Shown piece by piece: positions 11,916 to 24,617 of a stretch of 64,000 nucleotides of DNA (the stretch's first letter is position 1; every line of letters starts with the position of its first letter). The notes beneath the pieces were generated by a model, which ran no database searches, was not told the origin of the DNA, and saw nothing but the letters and a program-made list of their open reading frames with translations. Made by a program: the position numbers and the translations under genes. The DNA comes from Octopus sinensis (taxonomy: Eukaryota), in the NCBI RefSeq assembly GCF_006345805.1, contig NC_043021.1:18724001-18788000 (forward strand), in the 5' to 3' direction.

Positions 11916-14535
11916 GAGAGAGATTTATAGATACATATATATATATGCATATATATGATGTATACGGCCATAGATATAGGCATATCTATACTTTAAAGCC
12001 CCATTAGTTATACTTCTGCATAACTTTCTGGAAAAAGCATATTTTTATACGATATTTTGCTGAGATGTGTTTTCGATGTGTTAACCCTAATTATGTTGCG
12101 TAACTTCATTCAACAAGTTCTATTGTTTGGGTGGGGAGCTTTTATGACGATTTTGCTCTCAACAAAGAAGAAAATAGCAAGATCTTCCTCAAATCACAAC
12201 TAACTGTCCCTCTAATTTGAAAAAAAAGAAAGAAAGCATTATATTTCTTTATTACCCACAAGGGGCTAAACATAGAGGGGACAAACAAGGACAGACAAAG
12301 GGATTAAGTCGATTACATCGACTCCAGTGCGTGACTGGTACTTAATTTATCGACCCAGAAAGGATGAAAGGCAAAGTCGACCTCGGCGGAATTGAACTCA
12401 GGACATAACGGCAGACGAAATACAGCTACGCATTTCACCCGGCGTGAAAAAAAAAAGAAAACATTGTTTCAGATATCGTCCAAAGCGCTAACTATTTTGT
12501 CAATTCAACGTTTGCAGTTCAAATGCCGCCCAAGTTAGAGAAAAATAGGACGTAATAAGTGAAGGCTGAAAACATCTTTGATCAGAGATCTGCTCCATCA
12601 GAGCTGGGCCTGATCTCTAGGAGTCAACGAACAAAAACAAAACACTCTGTAGATAATTTGATTTCGTCACCTTACGTTCAGACTTCAAAATCCAGCCTGG
12701 ATAGTAATCGATTTAGTTTGTCTTTAATAATTAGCACTCCGTCGGTTACGACGACGAGAGTTTTCCAGTTGATCCGATCAACGGAACAGCCTGCTCGTGA
12801 AATTAACCTCCAAGTGGCTGAATACTCCACAGACACGCGTATCCTTAATGTAGTCCTCGGGGAGATTCAGCTTGACACAGAATGTGACAAGGTTGTCCCT
12901 TTTAAAATACAGGTACAACTCATTTTCGCTAGCTGGGTGGACTGGAGCAACATGAAATAAAGTGTCTTGCTCAAGGACACAACGCGCCGCTGGGAAGCGA
13001 ACTCACGACCTTAGAATCGTGAGCCTAGTCTTTTTAATACTACAGACATTCGATAAAATAAAGTCACGAGTAGGTTCAGGGATGGGAACGGTTTAATAAA
13101 CCATTTCTGCCTTTTCCTTTCTTTTCAGCTAAGATCTGTGAGGCCTTGAGAACCAAAACTAGAAATCATTGTTCATTAATACCTATTTCTTTACTACCCA
13201 CAAGGGGCTAAACACAGAGGGGACAAACAAGAACAGACAAACGGATTAAGTCGATTACATCGACCCCAGTGCGTAACTGGTACTTAATTTATCGACCCCG
13301 AAAGGATGAAAGGTAAAGTCGACCTCGGCGGAATTTGAACTCAGAACGTAACGGCAGACGAAAGACCGCTGAGCAATTGTTCATTAATACCATTATCATC
13401 ATTCCTGTGTGGGAACGACCGAAGATAAACCGTCAAGTGGTCAATCGACCAGCTAGAAATAGCATCCAGTCCTCCTCAGATCCGTCAAAAAATAAACTGG
13501 ATACATTGGATAATGCAGTCCCGGATATCCTAAAATAGAGTGAAGATGTGTTGGCTTAGTGGTTAGGGTTCGGTTCGAGGTCTCAAAGATCTGAATTGAA
13601 TTCACGGAGCGGACAGTGCGTTTTGTCCTTAAACAAGGCACTTCATTTCACGTTGCTCCAGGTTATTCAGTTGCAAATAAGCCCCCAAGCAGCTGGTTGC
13701 TGGTGTAGCCTTTTCTCTCTCCACTTGTGACATACTGAATGAAAGTTGAAAAGATCGAGAAGTCGGTCTATATCTGCCGGACAATTTCCACCCGACGACA
13801 ACTACCCGCTCTCCAATATATTCAGAAGCATTAAATTATCTGTTGTCCTCATGGTAAACGTTAAAGCATCTGTTGTCCATGGCGGGGTAAACATCCTAGA
13901 CTCGTTTCAATAGCTGCTAATAGCATCACACATATTCCGGTCGAACCAGTCCTCTGTAAATATAACTAGGATTGGTACCTCACCAATTTTGATTCCTCAT
14001 AACTTGCTGAAAAAAATGCATATTTTTAAACGATATTTTGGGGAGATATATTTACGAGGATGGAGAATGGAATTATGCTGATGGAGTTTTATCTTTAAAA
14101 CAATTTTTGGGGGGGGAGTTTTGGGATAGTTCTTCCGCCTTCCCGCCTAAATTTTATTTCCATCAATTTCATAGGTTTTTCAGGGGTTTTTTTTTTCAGA
14201 TTTATATCTTTGTATCATCAACATTACGTAATCTACAGTCTCGGAAATGTATTTTCTGCAAATGTCATTTAAAAATTTGCATTTTAAAGAGAGATGAGAA
14301 AACAATCGAAGTGTGAAAATGATCGGAAATCCCTTTTAAAATAATTATTACATCTTTTTAAATGTTATAATCGTAATCTCCATTCTCGAAAACATATCTC
14401 AGCAAAATATCATATAAAAATATGCTTTTTCCAGAAAGTTAGGCAGAAGTATAACCAGTGGGGCCTTAAAGTATAGATATGCCTATATCTATGGCTGTAT
14501 ACATCATATATATATATCTATAAATCTCTCTCTCG
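11916..14535. repeat. ~150-bp inverted repeat pair (11916-12076 / 14386-14535) enclosing several SINEs
   Basis: Arms are >90% identical by eye. A more diverged partial copy of the left arm lies at ~14000-14068. Confidence 0.85.
12735..13025 (-). mobile_element. tRNA-derived SINE (family C, CORE-like TGTGTCCTTGAGCAAGACACTT domain)
   Basis: B-box-bearing head and conserved domain. Related copies at ~790-950+, 13545+, 22860-23180+, 49255-49590-. Confidence 0.7.
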
Positions 14536-14912
14536 CTCTGTGTATATGAATGTATATATATATATGTGTCTATAATTTATTTCGGCTGGTCCAGTTGTAT
14601 GTCACTCCGGAGATTCGTCAACGTCTTCGCCGGTGGAAACACAAAAGACAGTTTAAATTCTAACAATAGACAAAAGCTTGCAGTAAACGGGAACTGACTT
14701 TACTATTATTATTATCATTATAGCACCATACCATAATAATAATAATAAAGGCTTTTTTATCCTTAACAAATGTGGAATATCTGTATCGTTACAGAAAAGC
14801 TGAATTAAAGTTAACAAAACACGGGCATTCACACGTAATTAAGACAAACACCGTTTGTTAATTGCTTTTTTCAATTACTAAATTAAAACACAACAAATGA
14901 CATCAACAATAC

Positions 14913-14951
<39 letters not shown>

Positions 14952-16749
14952 AACAACTCTAAACGGGAACATATATCTATATTATACACAGATATATATA
15001 AACTAAATATTATATATATATATGTATGTATGTATGTATTCTATATAAAATGTAATATAGAGTATTATATATATATATATAAACACTTATATATATGTAT
15101 GTATTTACTGAGAAAGTGTATGGTAGATGAGGCAATAAAATTTTGGGGAAAACTCGATGAATCGGTATTAATTAAGGTAGAAAGAGGCGAAAACGTGTTG
15201 AGCACTTACTGAATCACGTTGTTGTTCTTGCAATGTCTGTGGAACAGAGGAAACGGAAACGACGAACGATTAAAGTTTGGGATGCAAACGAAATGTACAA
15301 CGTGTGTGGGATGGATGATGTGACCAAGTGGAGCTTAAAATTAAATTCATCTGAAACGAAAAAAAAAATCAGTTTGTGAGGCTTTGTTAAAGTCATTATG
15401 ACATTATAATTGTTAATATTAGTTTAGTAATTAGTTACAAAACAATTGTTAATTGGATTTTAAAACTAAAAACTAAAACCGTACGTATGCAGTGAAACTA
15501 AGTGTTTTTAATATATTTTTACTAAATTGTTATTTTTAACATATTTTTAGTATTAATAAAGAATATTTACGTATAGTATATTTATATTAACATAGTAATT
15601 ATAAAATTGTTAAACTAAAACTTCGTATGCAGAGAAATTTATGAATTTTTTAAAATAGCAATTATCAATAAAAAAAAATAATAATCACGTATTTATGTTA
15701 GTATTGATATTAATTGTAATTATCGTTACCCAGGTAGCAAAACTTCATTATGTGTTCGGTGAAACTAAATTAGTGTTTAATATGATATTAAACTATTAAT
15801 TATTTCTAAAATTTACAGTAATATCAATAAAAATAATCGCGTATATAATATTTATATCCTTACTGTAATTAGTTATAAATATAATATAATCGTTTTTCTT
15901 GGGGTGGGGCGTTAAAACTTCATAAAGTGTACAGTGAAACAATGTTAATATTAACCAAACTATTAATTAAAACTAATATATATTATAGTATTATTATTTT
16001 TTTTAAAAATCATTACGTCTTTTTATACTGGTACAATAATTAATTATAAATATGTTATTTGGGTCGTAAAACTGCAAGTGTGCGTACAATTGAACTAAAT
16101 TAATGTCAAATCAATATTTACCAAGATTTGATTGTGAATTAAATGATTGTCATTATGTTATTCTAATATTAGTATTACTGTGGTTTATATTCGAAGTCGT
16201 TATATTATATTAGAATATAAGGGTTAGTTATAAATGTAACCATTATTCGAGTTATAAATAGTTATAAATGTAACCATTATTATTGATAAGACTTTGGTTC
16301 TTTAGTGGCTGTGTGGTAAGTAGCTTGCTTACCAATCACATGGTTCCGGGTTCAGTCCCACTGCGTGGCACCTTGGCTAAGTGTCTTCTACTATAGCCGC
16401 GGGCCGACCAAAGCCTTGTGAGTGGATTTGGTAGACAGAAACTGAAAGAAGCCCGTTGTATATATGTATATATGTGTGTGTTTGTGTGTCTGTGTTTATC
16501 CCCCCACCATCGCTTGACAACCGATGCTGGTGAGTTTACGTCCCAGTAACTTAGTGGTTCGGCAAAAGTGAGTGATAGAATAAGTACTAGGCTTGCAAAG
16601 AATAAGTCCTGGGGTTGATTTGCTCGACTAAAGGCGGTGCTCCAGCATGGCCACAGTCAAAAAAGAGTGTATATATATATATAGTTGTTAATCCAACAAG
16701 AAAACAGAAAAAAAGAGAAAAAAACACAGCAACGCAGGACGTGGAACAA

Positions 16750-17110
16750 TTAGCACCTGATGCTTTGGGAACCAGACAAAAATTACTGCAGCTTGACTGG
16801 GATGAGTTACCCAACCCTCCATATTCACCAGATATTGCTCCTTCGGATTTCCACTTATTCAGGTCTTTGCAGAATAGTCTTAATGGTAAAAATTTCAATT
16901 CCTTGGATGATGTAAAAAGATACCTTGATGAATTCTTTGCCATGAAACCCCCTCAATTCTGGGAAGGGGTCATTTTTAAGTTAACGGAAAGATGGAGATG
17001 CATTGTGTAACAAAATGGTTCATATTTGGTTGATTAAAAATGTAATGGCAAGTATTTATTGACCTTTTTCTTTCCTTTAAAAATTGGCACAAACTTTCTG
17101 GACAACCCTG
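16750..17110 (+). pseudogene. mariner (DD34D) transposase 3' fragment with right TIR
   Basis: LPNPPYSPDIAPSDFHLFRSLQN motif; ends ...GACAACCCTG followed by TA. Confidence 0.9.
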
Positions 17111-17977
17111 TAGTTTTCCATCGACTCTTGAGAAATATCTGATGCTCAAGCTTCCAGAAGAAGCAACCAACTCGTCCTCAAATCAGACTATACTGCCTTA
17201 AAAGAACAGGGAAATCATATTGGATATGGATAGTGGCCTGGAGCGTGTTTCATTAGTGAGGTCTCACAGCAGCCGAACTTGTCCATAATTGTCACTGTCC
17301 TCTCAAACATCACATTCGCTGAATTCAATTGAGTTCAACTGGGCAAAATGCTTAGCGGCATTTCGTCTGTCTTCGTGTTCTGAGTTCAAATTCCACTGAA
17401 GTCGACTTTGCCTGTCATCCTTTTCGAGGTCGATGAAACAAGAACCGGTTGTACTTCTGAGTGTGTTTTGGCATGGTTTTTATGGTTGGATGCCCTTTCT
17501 AACGCCAACCACTCAGTAGAGTGGACTGAGTGCTTTTTACGTGGCACCCGCACAGGTGAGGTCAAAATTTTGGCATAGTTTTTACAGCTGGATGCCCTTC
17601 TAAATGCCAACCACTTTACAGTGTGGACTAGGTGCTTTTTAAGAGGCACCAGCACTGGTGGGGTCACCAAGTGACTTTGCAAAGATTGTTTTCATCACAG
17701 AGATTAAAATTTTTACAGATTAAAATTTCCTGGTTTCCTACATCAAGTCTGCTGGAACTCATTACTTCTCTTTTTCTGTTCAGAGAGATTTGGCTCTGAT
17801 TTCTAGCAGGTTGAATAACCATGTAGCAGGTTCCCTTAAATTTGATGGAAGAGGGAAAAGTAGTATTGCCCTTCAGACTCTGTTGTAAAAAAGGGTCAGA
17901 TGCAACTTTAGTGTGCAGTTTACTGCAGCATCTATAGTCTATACTGTGAAATGATCTCATCTGGGTTAGGATTAGGG

Positions 17978-18635
17978 CAGTGGTTCCTGACCCATGGTCT
18001 GCAAAGGTAGTACTGGGGATACTCTTTTACTTGTTTCAGTCATTTGACTGTGGCCATGCTGGAGCACTGCCTTTAGTTGAGCAAATCGACCCCAGGACTT
18101 ATTCTTTGTAAGCCTACTACTTATTCTATTAGTTCTCTTTTGCCGAACCGCTAAGTTACAGGGACGTAAACACACCACCATCAGTTGTCAAGCGATGTTG
18201 GGGGGACAAACACAACCACACAAACATATATACACACATACATACATATATATATATATACACACACACATATATGACGGGCTTCTTTCAGTTTCCGCCT
18301 ACCAAATCCACTCACAAGGCTTTGGTCGGCCTGAGGATATAGTAGAAGACACTTGTCCAATGTGCCATGCAGTGGGACTGAACCCAGAACCATGTGGTTG
18401 GTAAGCAAGCTACTTACCACACAGCCACTCCTGCGCCTATAAAAATGATAAACAACCTGAATCAATTTTTGAGCCTTATCAGGTTCTCATCAGAGGCATC
18501 ATTCTAACAGTCTGTGAACTAAATTCAAAACTTCATATGTATGTATACATAAGGATAAACATATTAAAAGGGGTCTGTGGGTAAACTCATTTAAATAAAA
18601 GGGATCCTTGGTAGCAAAAAGGTTGGGAACCACTG
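17978..18635. mobile_element. hAT (Charlie-like) MITE with nested family A SINE
   Basis: TIRs CAGTGGTTCC / GGAACCACTG and 8-bp TSD gattaggg (17970-17977/18636-18643). Confidence 0.85.
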
Positions 18636-18749
18636 GATTAGGGTGTAATGATGGTGATTAAATGAAGTTTGCATGAGATAAAATGTTATGACAAGGATTG
18701 AATGAGAAGGGGCATTAGGAAAATGATTGAAGAACAATTGTTTGCTACA

Positions 18750-19190
18750 AGGGTTAGGGTTTAGGGGTTAAGGTTTAGAGTTAATGTTTATGGTTAGAGT
18801 TTAGGGTTTAGAGTAAGAGCTTAGGGTTATGGTGTAAGGTTAGGTTCTGGTTAGAGTTCAGGGTTAGGGGTTGGGGTTTAGGATTAGAGTTCAGGGTTAG
18901 GGGTTGGGGTTTAGGGTTAGAGTTCAGGGTTAGGGGTTGGGGTTTAGGGCTACAGTTCAGGGTTAGGGGTTGGGGTTTAGAGTTAGGCTCTACGATTAGA
19001 GTTAAGGATTAGGGTTAGGGTTTAAGATTAGGTTCTAGGGTTAGAGCTTAGAATTAGGGTTAGGGCTTAGGATGAAGAATTAGGACTTAAGGTTAGTGTT
19101 TAGGATTAGATTCTAGGGTTAGTGGTTATGGTTAGCATTGAGGGTTAGATCACACACTAAAGTGTAAATGGCCAGGGTTAGGGCCTAAAG
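18750..19190 (+). repeat. Degenerate interstitial telomeric (TTAGGG)n tract with a 33-bp higher-order repeat
   Basis: TTAGGG/TTAGAG/TTGGGG variants; the unit recurs at 18851, 18884, 18917 and 18950. Confidence 0.85.
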
Positions 19191-19665
19191 TGGCACCAAG
19201 GTTCAAAACATTTGAGAAGAAAAGAAACACTGACTATTATTTATATGGCAGCATATTGTGTTGCGTTTTTTAACCTCAGTTCAGTTCCAGTCGAGACTAT
19301 CTCGCCATTCCAGTTCTGAGCATACCAAACAGAATATTGTCTAATGTGTCATTCCAATGGAACTTACTGGACGAATAAAATTCAATACCAGACCAGTTAC
19401 CTGGCAAGCGTGGTACAGGAAGTGTCCCAAAATATATGTACCTCGAGGTGGCTGATTCGTTACTGCGCCGGACAAAATGCTTAGCGGCATTTCTTTCGAC
19501 TTTACCTTCTAAGTTCAAATGCCGCCGGGTTTGACTTTGCCTTTCATCCTTTCGGGGTCGATAAAATATGTACCAGTTGAACACTGGGTCGATCTAATCG
19601 ACCTTACCCCTTTCCCCGAAATTGCTGGTCTTGTGCCAAAATTAGAAACCAGTATATTGTATAGA

Positions 19666-19968
19666 AGTGGAGGCGCAATGGCCCAGTGGTTAGGGCAGCG
19701 GACTCGTGGTTGTAGGATCATGGTTTCGATTCCCAGACCAGGCGTTGTGAGTGTTTATTGAGCGAAAACACCTAAAGCTCCATGAGGCTCCGGCAGGGGG
19801 TGGTGGCAATCCCTGCTGTACTCTTTCACCACAACTTTCTCTCACTCTTTCTTCTGTTGGCCTGCTCACTTTGCCAGCGGAGTGACGTCATTTGAAGGCT
19901 AAAACAATGCAAAGCGCATTGTGACCAGCGATGTGCAGCAACATCTGATAGCCTTGTCAGTCACGGTG
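19666..19968 (+). mobile_element. tRNA-derived SINE (family D), full length
   Basis: A box TGGCCCAGTGG, B box GTTTCGATTCC, and TSD atattgtatag (19654-19664/19969-19979). Confidence 0.8.
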
Positions 19969-20291
19969 ATATTGTATAGGCTTAAAATATGAAAATAGAC
20001 TATGGAAAGTAAGAGCTAAATTGCACTTAACAGATTCAAATTAATATGTAGGAGAATGTGATATTTGGCACTTGTTGGGTGACATTTCCTTGGAGTCACT
20101 ACAAATACATTTCAAAACAGGGTCTGTTTGATAATAAATGTCAAACAGACTATTTATTAATCCACTTAAATATTCTTAAATTATATCATACTGCACCTTG
20201 TATACACTACATTGTTTATAAGCTGAAATTAAATGAAGACGAGTAAAACAAAAATGATGTTATTTAATAGATAAAGATACAAATATAATAA

Positions 20292-20701
20292 GGATCTTTT
20301 CGGTTTGAACGGCAGTTTTTTCTAGCGGTGTCATATGAAATTGTCACCCATAATTATGACCCTAGTATCGATCTATTGCATTTCAATCTGTTTTGGTGTT
20401 AGGGGTGGGTGGAAGGTTATCTTTTTTTCTTCAGAAATATAAATAAACCCAATCTGTTTCTTAAACGAGGGACTTATTCATACGGCACAGAATGTTTTCA
20501 CCTCAATAGACGTCATTGATTGGGTGAAATTGCAGAAATTAAAGAAAAAAACAACAAATATCTTACAAACTATAGAATTTTCTCAATAAAGCCAAGAGAA
20601 AAAGATGTTTTATAAACACATTCTACCAGTATACGAAGTTTAAAAGTGTTTAGTTACGTGGAAATTATTTTAAAAAACTGCCGTTCAAACGGAAAACATC
20701 C
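20292..20701 (+). mobile_element. Merlin-like MITE (~410 bp) flanked by an 85-bp direct duplication
   Basis: TIR GGATCTTTTCGGTTTGAACGGCAGTTTT. 20207-20291 equals 20702-20786 with 2 mismatches. Confidence 0.85.
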
Positions 20702-21223
20702 CTACATTGTTTATAAGCTGAAATTAAATGAAGACGAATAAAACAAAAACGATGTTATTTAATAGATAAAGATACAAATATAATAATTCTAAAGCAGAGT
20801 ATTTTTAATGACAATCTAAATTTTAAAAAAAAGCGATGAACAAAACTATTTTAGACACACCGTACGTAAATAAACTAACTTCAAAAAGAAGGTATGTTCA
20901 TTCAATGCAGAATAGCGCAGTGTATTTCCGGATTTCTGGAAGCCGGATAAAATGTCTGGCGCTGTGTAAGTATTTATATTCATGTGTTTGTATATTTCCC
21001 ATAACACCGCCGGTTGAAATAAAAATAATCGACCGGTGTTGTGTCAAAAAAAGCAACCTAGCGACTCAATAAAATAAGTTCCTGATTGAAATGTAGCTGC
21101 CGTTCATTGACGGTTTTAACCCATTGCTTGCCGTGAGCCCCATTTGGGGATCTGCTAAACACAGTTTCACTGCCGGTTGTTCGTTGTATTTAAAGTGAAT
21201 TGCTTTTGCATTTGCAGAGGTGT

Positions 21224-23486
21224 GGAGTCTTTTCGGTTTGAACCGCAGTTTTTTAAAATAATTTCTACGTAACTAAACACTTTTAAACTTCGTATACTGG
21301 TAGATGTGTTTATAAAACATCTTTTTACTCTTGGCTTTATTAAGAAAATTCTATAGTTTGTAAGATATTTATTGTTTTTCTTCAATTTCTGCAATTTCAA
21401 CCAATCAATGACGTCTATTGAGGTAAAAACAATAGCTGCCGAAGTCTTTCAACAGCAATTTTTTACGGTGTCATATAAAAATGTCCCTAAGAAACAGATT
21501 GGGTTTATTTACTCTTTAGTGTCCACCCATAATTATGACCCTAGTATCGATCTATTGCATTTCAATCTGTTTTAGGGTTATGGGTGGGGAGGGTTAGTTA
21601 GGGTTAGCGTGAGGAGGGTTGGTTAGGGGTGGAGGAAGGGTATCCTTTTTTCTTCAGAAATGTAAATAAACCCAATCTGTTTCTTAGGGACATTTTCATA
21701 TGACACCGCAAAAAATTACCAACGTCGCCTCACTGGCACCTGTGCCGGTGGCATGTGCAAAAAGATTCGAGTGAGGTCATTGCCAGTACTGCCTGACTGG
21801 CCCCCGTGCCGGTGGCACGTAAAAAGCACCCATTACTCTCTCGGAGTGGTTGGCGTTAGGAAGGGCATCCAGTTGTAGAAACCCTGCCAGATCAAGATTG
21901 GGGCCTGGTGCAGCCATCTGGTTTGCCAGACCTCAGTCAAAATCGTCCAACCCAAGCTAGCATCGAAAGCGGACGTTAAACGATGATGATGATGATGTAG
22001 TTGGTATTGGTGACCCTCAAAATGTTATGGACTCCAAAAGAAATTGCATCAGTGGTCGAAGCATACTTCACCAGCCAAAGATACATCATTGCAGCCGAAA
22101 GAAAATTCTGACAGCATTTTGGAAAGTGACAAGCACCATCTCGTGTGCTGCCACAAACTTTTGTGAGACAGGCAATAGCAGCCATTCCAGTTGATATGCT
22201 AAGCTGCAGTGTGCTAGATAAGAGAAAGCGAGCTCGTGAATGTTCTGTTGGTGGTGGTGACCATCTCCATGAAGCATTATTTAAATCTTAGATAAAATGT
22301 TGAACCCCTGTATATCAGTTATGTAATAAATACATATATTTGGTACTCTGTGTTATTTTCATAATCCAAGATACCTATTTCTTTACTACCCACAAGGGAC
22401 TAAACACAGAAGGGACAAACAAGGACAGACAAACGGATTAAGTCGATTATATCGACCCCAGTGCTTAACTGGTACTTAATTTATTGACCCCGAAAGGATG
22501 AAAGGCAAAGTCGACCTCGGCGGAATTTGAACTCAGAACATAGCGGCAGACGAAATACTGCAAAGCATTTTGCCCGGCATGCTAACGTTTCTGCCAGCTC
22601 CCCATCATAATCCAAGATACCAGCGTTTAAAATGTGTCCCATCATTATGGCCCAATCTTTCTCTGTTGCCTCTTGGACCTTCTACTCTGAGTTGTTTTCT
22701 TGCACAGCCTCCCACTTCATCATTGGCACTATTTCATCTCTTGGTGCTATTGTTGGGTAATCTGTCTTTGTCAGAATACCCAAACAATATCCTAACCCTT
22801 CCGCTGCACTGCAACTTTCTTCACAACAGGGCTGTCTCAGCAGTATCATAAGCCCTCAGTTGAAGGCGCGTGACCTAGAGGTTAGTGTATTTGGCTCACG
22901 ATCGTAATGTTACAAGTTCGAATCCCGGCGGCTCATTGTGTTCTTAAGCAAGACACTTTATTTCATGTTGCTCCAGTCCACTCACCTGGCAAAAATGAGT
23001 TGTATCCGTAATTCAAAGGGGGGCAGCCTCGTCACATTCTGTATAACGCTGAATCTCCCTGGGAATTACATTAACGGTACACGTGTCTGTGGAGTACTCA
23101 GCCAGTTGAATATTAATTTCACAAGCAGGCTGTTCCATTAATCGGATCTTCTGGTACATCCATCATCATAACCAACTGAGGGTTAGGGGTGGGGGAAGGG
23201 TATCTTTTTTTCTTCGCAAATGTAAATAAACCCAGTCTGCTTCGTAAAGGAGGGACATATTCATACAGCACGGAATGTTGTTTACCTAAATGGAGGTCAG
23301 CGATTGGTTAAAATTGCCGAAATGCTCGATTTTAAAGTGGAAATATCTTACAAATTATAGAATTTTCTCAATAAAGCCAAGAAAAAATGATGTTTTATAA
23401 ACACATTCTACCAGTATACGAAGTTTAAAAGTGTTTAGTTAACTAGAAATTGTGTTGAAAACTGTCGTTCAAAAGGAAAAGACTCG
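21224..23486. mobile_element. Rearranged or fold-back relative of the same MITE, with nested SINE/LINE insertions
   Basis: GGAGTCTTTTCGGTTTGAAC at 21224 and GTTCAAAAGGAAAAGACTC at ~23485; both ends carry the same arm in inverted orientation. Confidence 0.55.
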
Positions 23487-23860
23487 ATATTTGTCCTCAT
23501 CTCGTTTATTGTTACCACAACGTTTCAGCTGATATACCCTTCAACCTTCACCAGATGTCTTGGGGAAATTTCGAACCTGGGTTTTCATTCCTAAGGTATA
23601 TTTCGATGTTGTTGTTGTTATTATTATTATTATTATTATTATTCAGGTCACTGTCTGGAATCGAACTCGGAATCTTGGGGTTAGTAGCCCGCGCTCTTAA
23701 CCACTACGCCACGGGCTTATGGCGTAGTGGTTAAGAGCGCGGGCTATTAACCCCAAAATTCCGAGTTCGATTCCAGGCAGTGACGTGAATAATAATAATA
23801 ATAATAACATTGAAAAATACCTTAAGAATGAGAACCCAGGTTCGAAATTTCCCCAAGACA
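23487..23860. mobile_element. Two head-to-head copies of a tRNA-headed, hammerhead-bearing SINE (family H)
   Basis: 23556-23711 is the reverse complement of 23720-23860, separated by 8 nt. A box TGGCGTAGTGG, B box GAGTTCGATTCC, (AAT)n tract; degenerate hammerhead on the minus strand at ~23515-23560. Confidence 0.85.
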
Positions 23861-24249
23861 TTTTGCCTGGCGTACTAACAATTCTGGCAGCTTGCAGCCT
23901 TCATTCGATTAATAAATATTCAACAACGTGTATTAATTTGAATATGTTAAATATTATTTAGCTCTTTACATTTCATGTCTTCAGAAAATCGGAAAATCCA
24001 GAAATCCGGAACACTTCCGATCCCAAATTTGCCGGATTACTGGTCGGGTACAGTAAAAAAATATTATCCCAGCATCAAGTCAAAAATCATTCTCGTTTGT
24101 CAGAGTTGTTTCCCTTCATTTACGTCAACTCGTTTTATGTCTTTTTTGGCCTTAGAAATATCTTAAAGAACCTGCAATCGCAGAATGAATATTATTTGGT
24201 ATTACATAGATTATAAACACCGGAAATAAACATTTTTGTGGTTCTTCAG

Positions 24250-24425
24250 ACGAGGAAGAATTATGTACATCGTTTACATTATTTACATTTGACGGATATG
24301 GCGTAGTGGTTAAGAGCGCGGACTAATAACACAAAGATTCCGAGTACGATTCCAGGCATTGACCTGAATAATAGTAATAGCAATAGTAGTAGTAGTAGTA
24401 GTAACAATAATAATAATAATAATAA
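24250..24425 (+). mobile_element. Family H SINE head preceded by an inverted copy of its 3' end
   Basis: ttatgtacat..atttacatttgacggatat (reverse complement of the tail) joined directly to GGCGTAGTGGTTAAGAGCGCG. Confidence 0.75.
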
Positions 24426-24617
24426 CTCCTTTGGAAATTCACCATCAAACACATACACACATACATACATGCATGCATGCATGCACGCACGCACACACAC
24501 ACGCACACACATACACACATAGATAGATAGATAGTATAAAACTCTAGGAAAGAAATATTCAGTCAATCTCCTCGTCTAAAACTTTTCCTACTTCAGACTT
24601 GTTGACTAGGCCCACCA

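Noticed and set aside
21084-21155. Cloverleaf or H/ACA snoRNA-like structure
   Set aside because: No convincing boxes; TTAA-CCCATT more likely a piggyBac-like terminus whose partner end I could not find.
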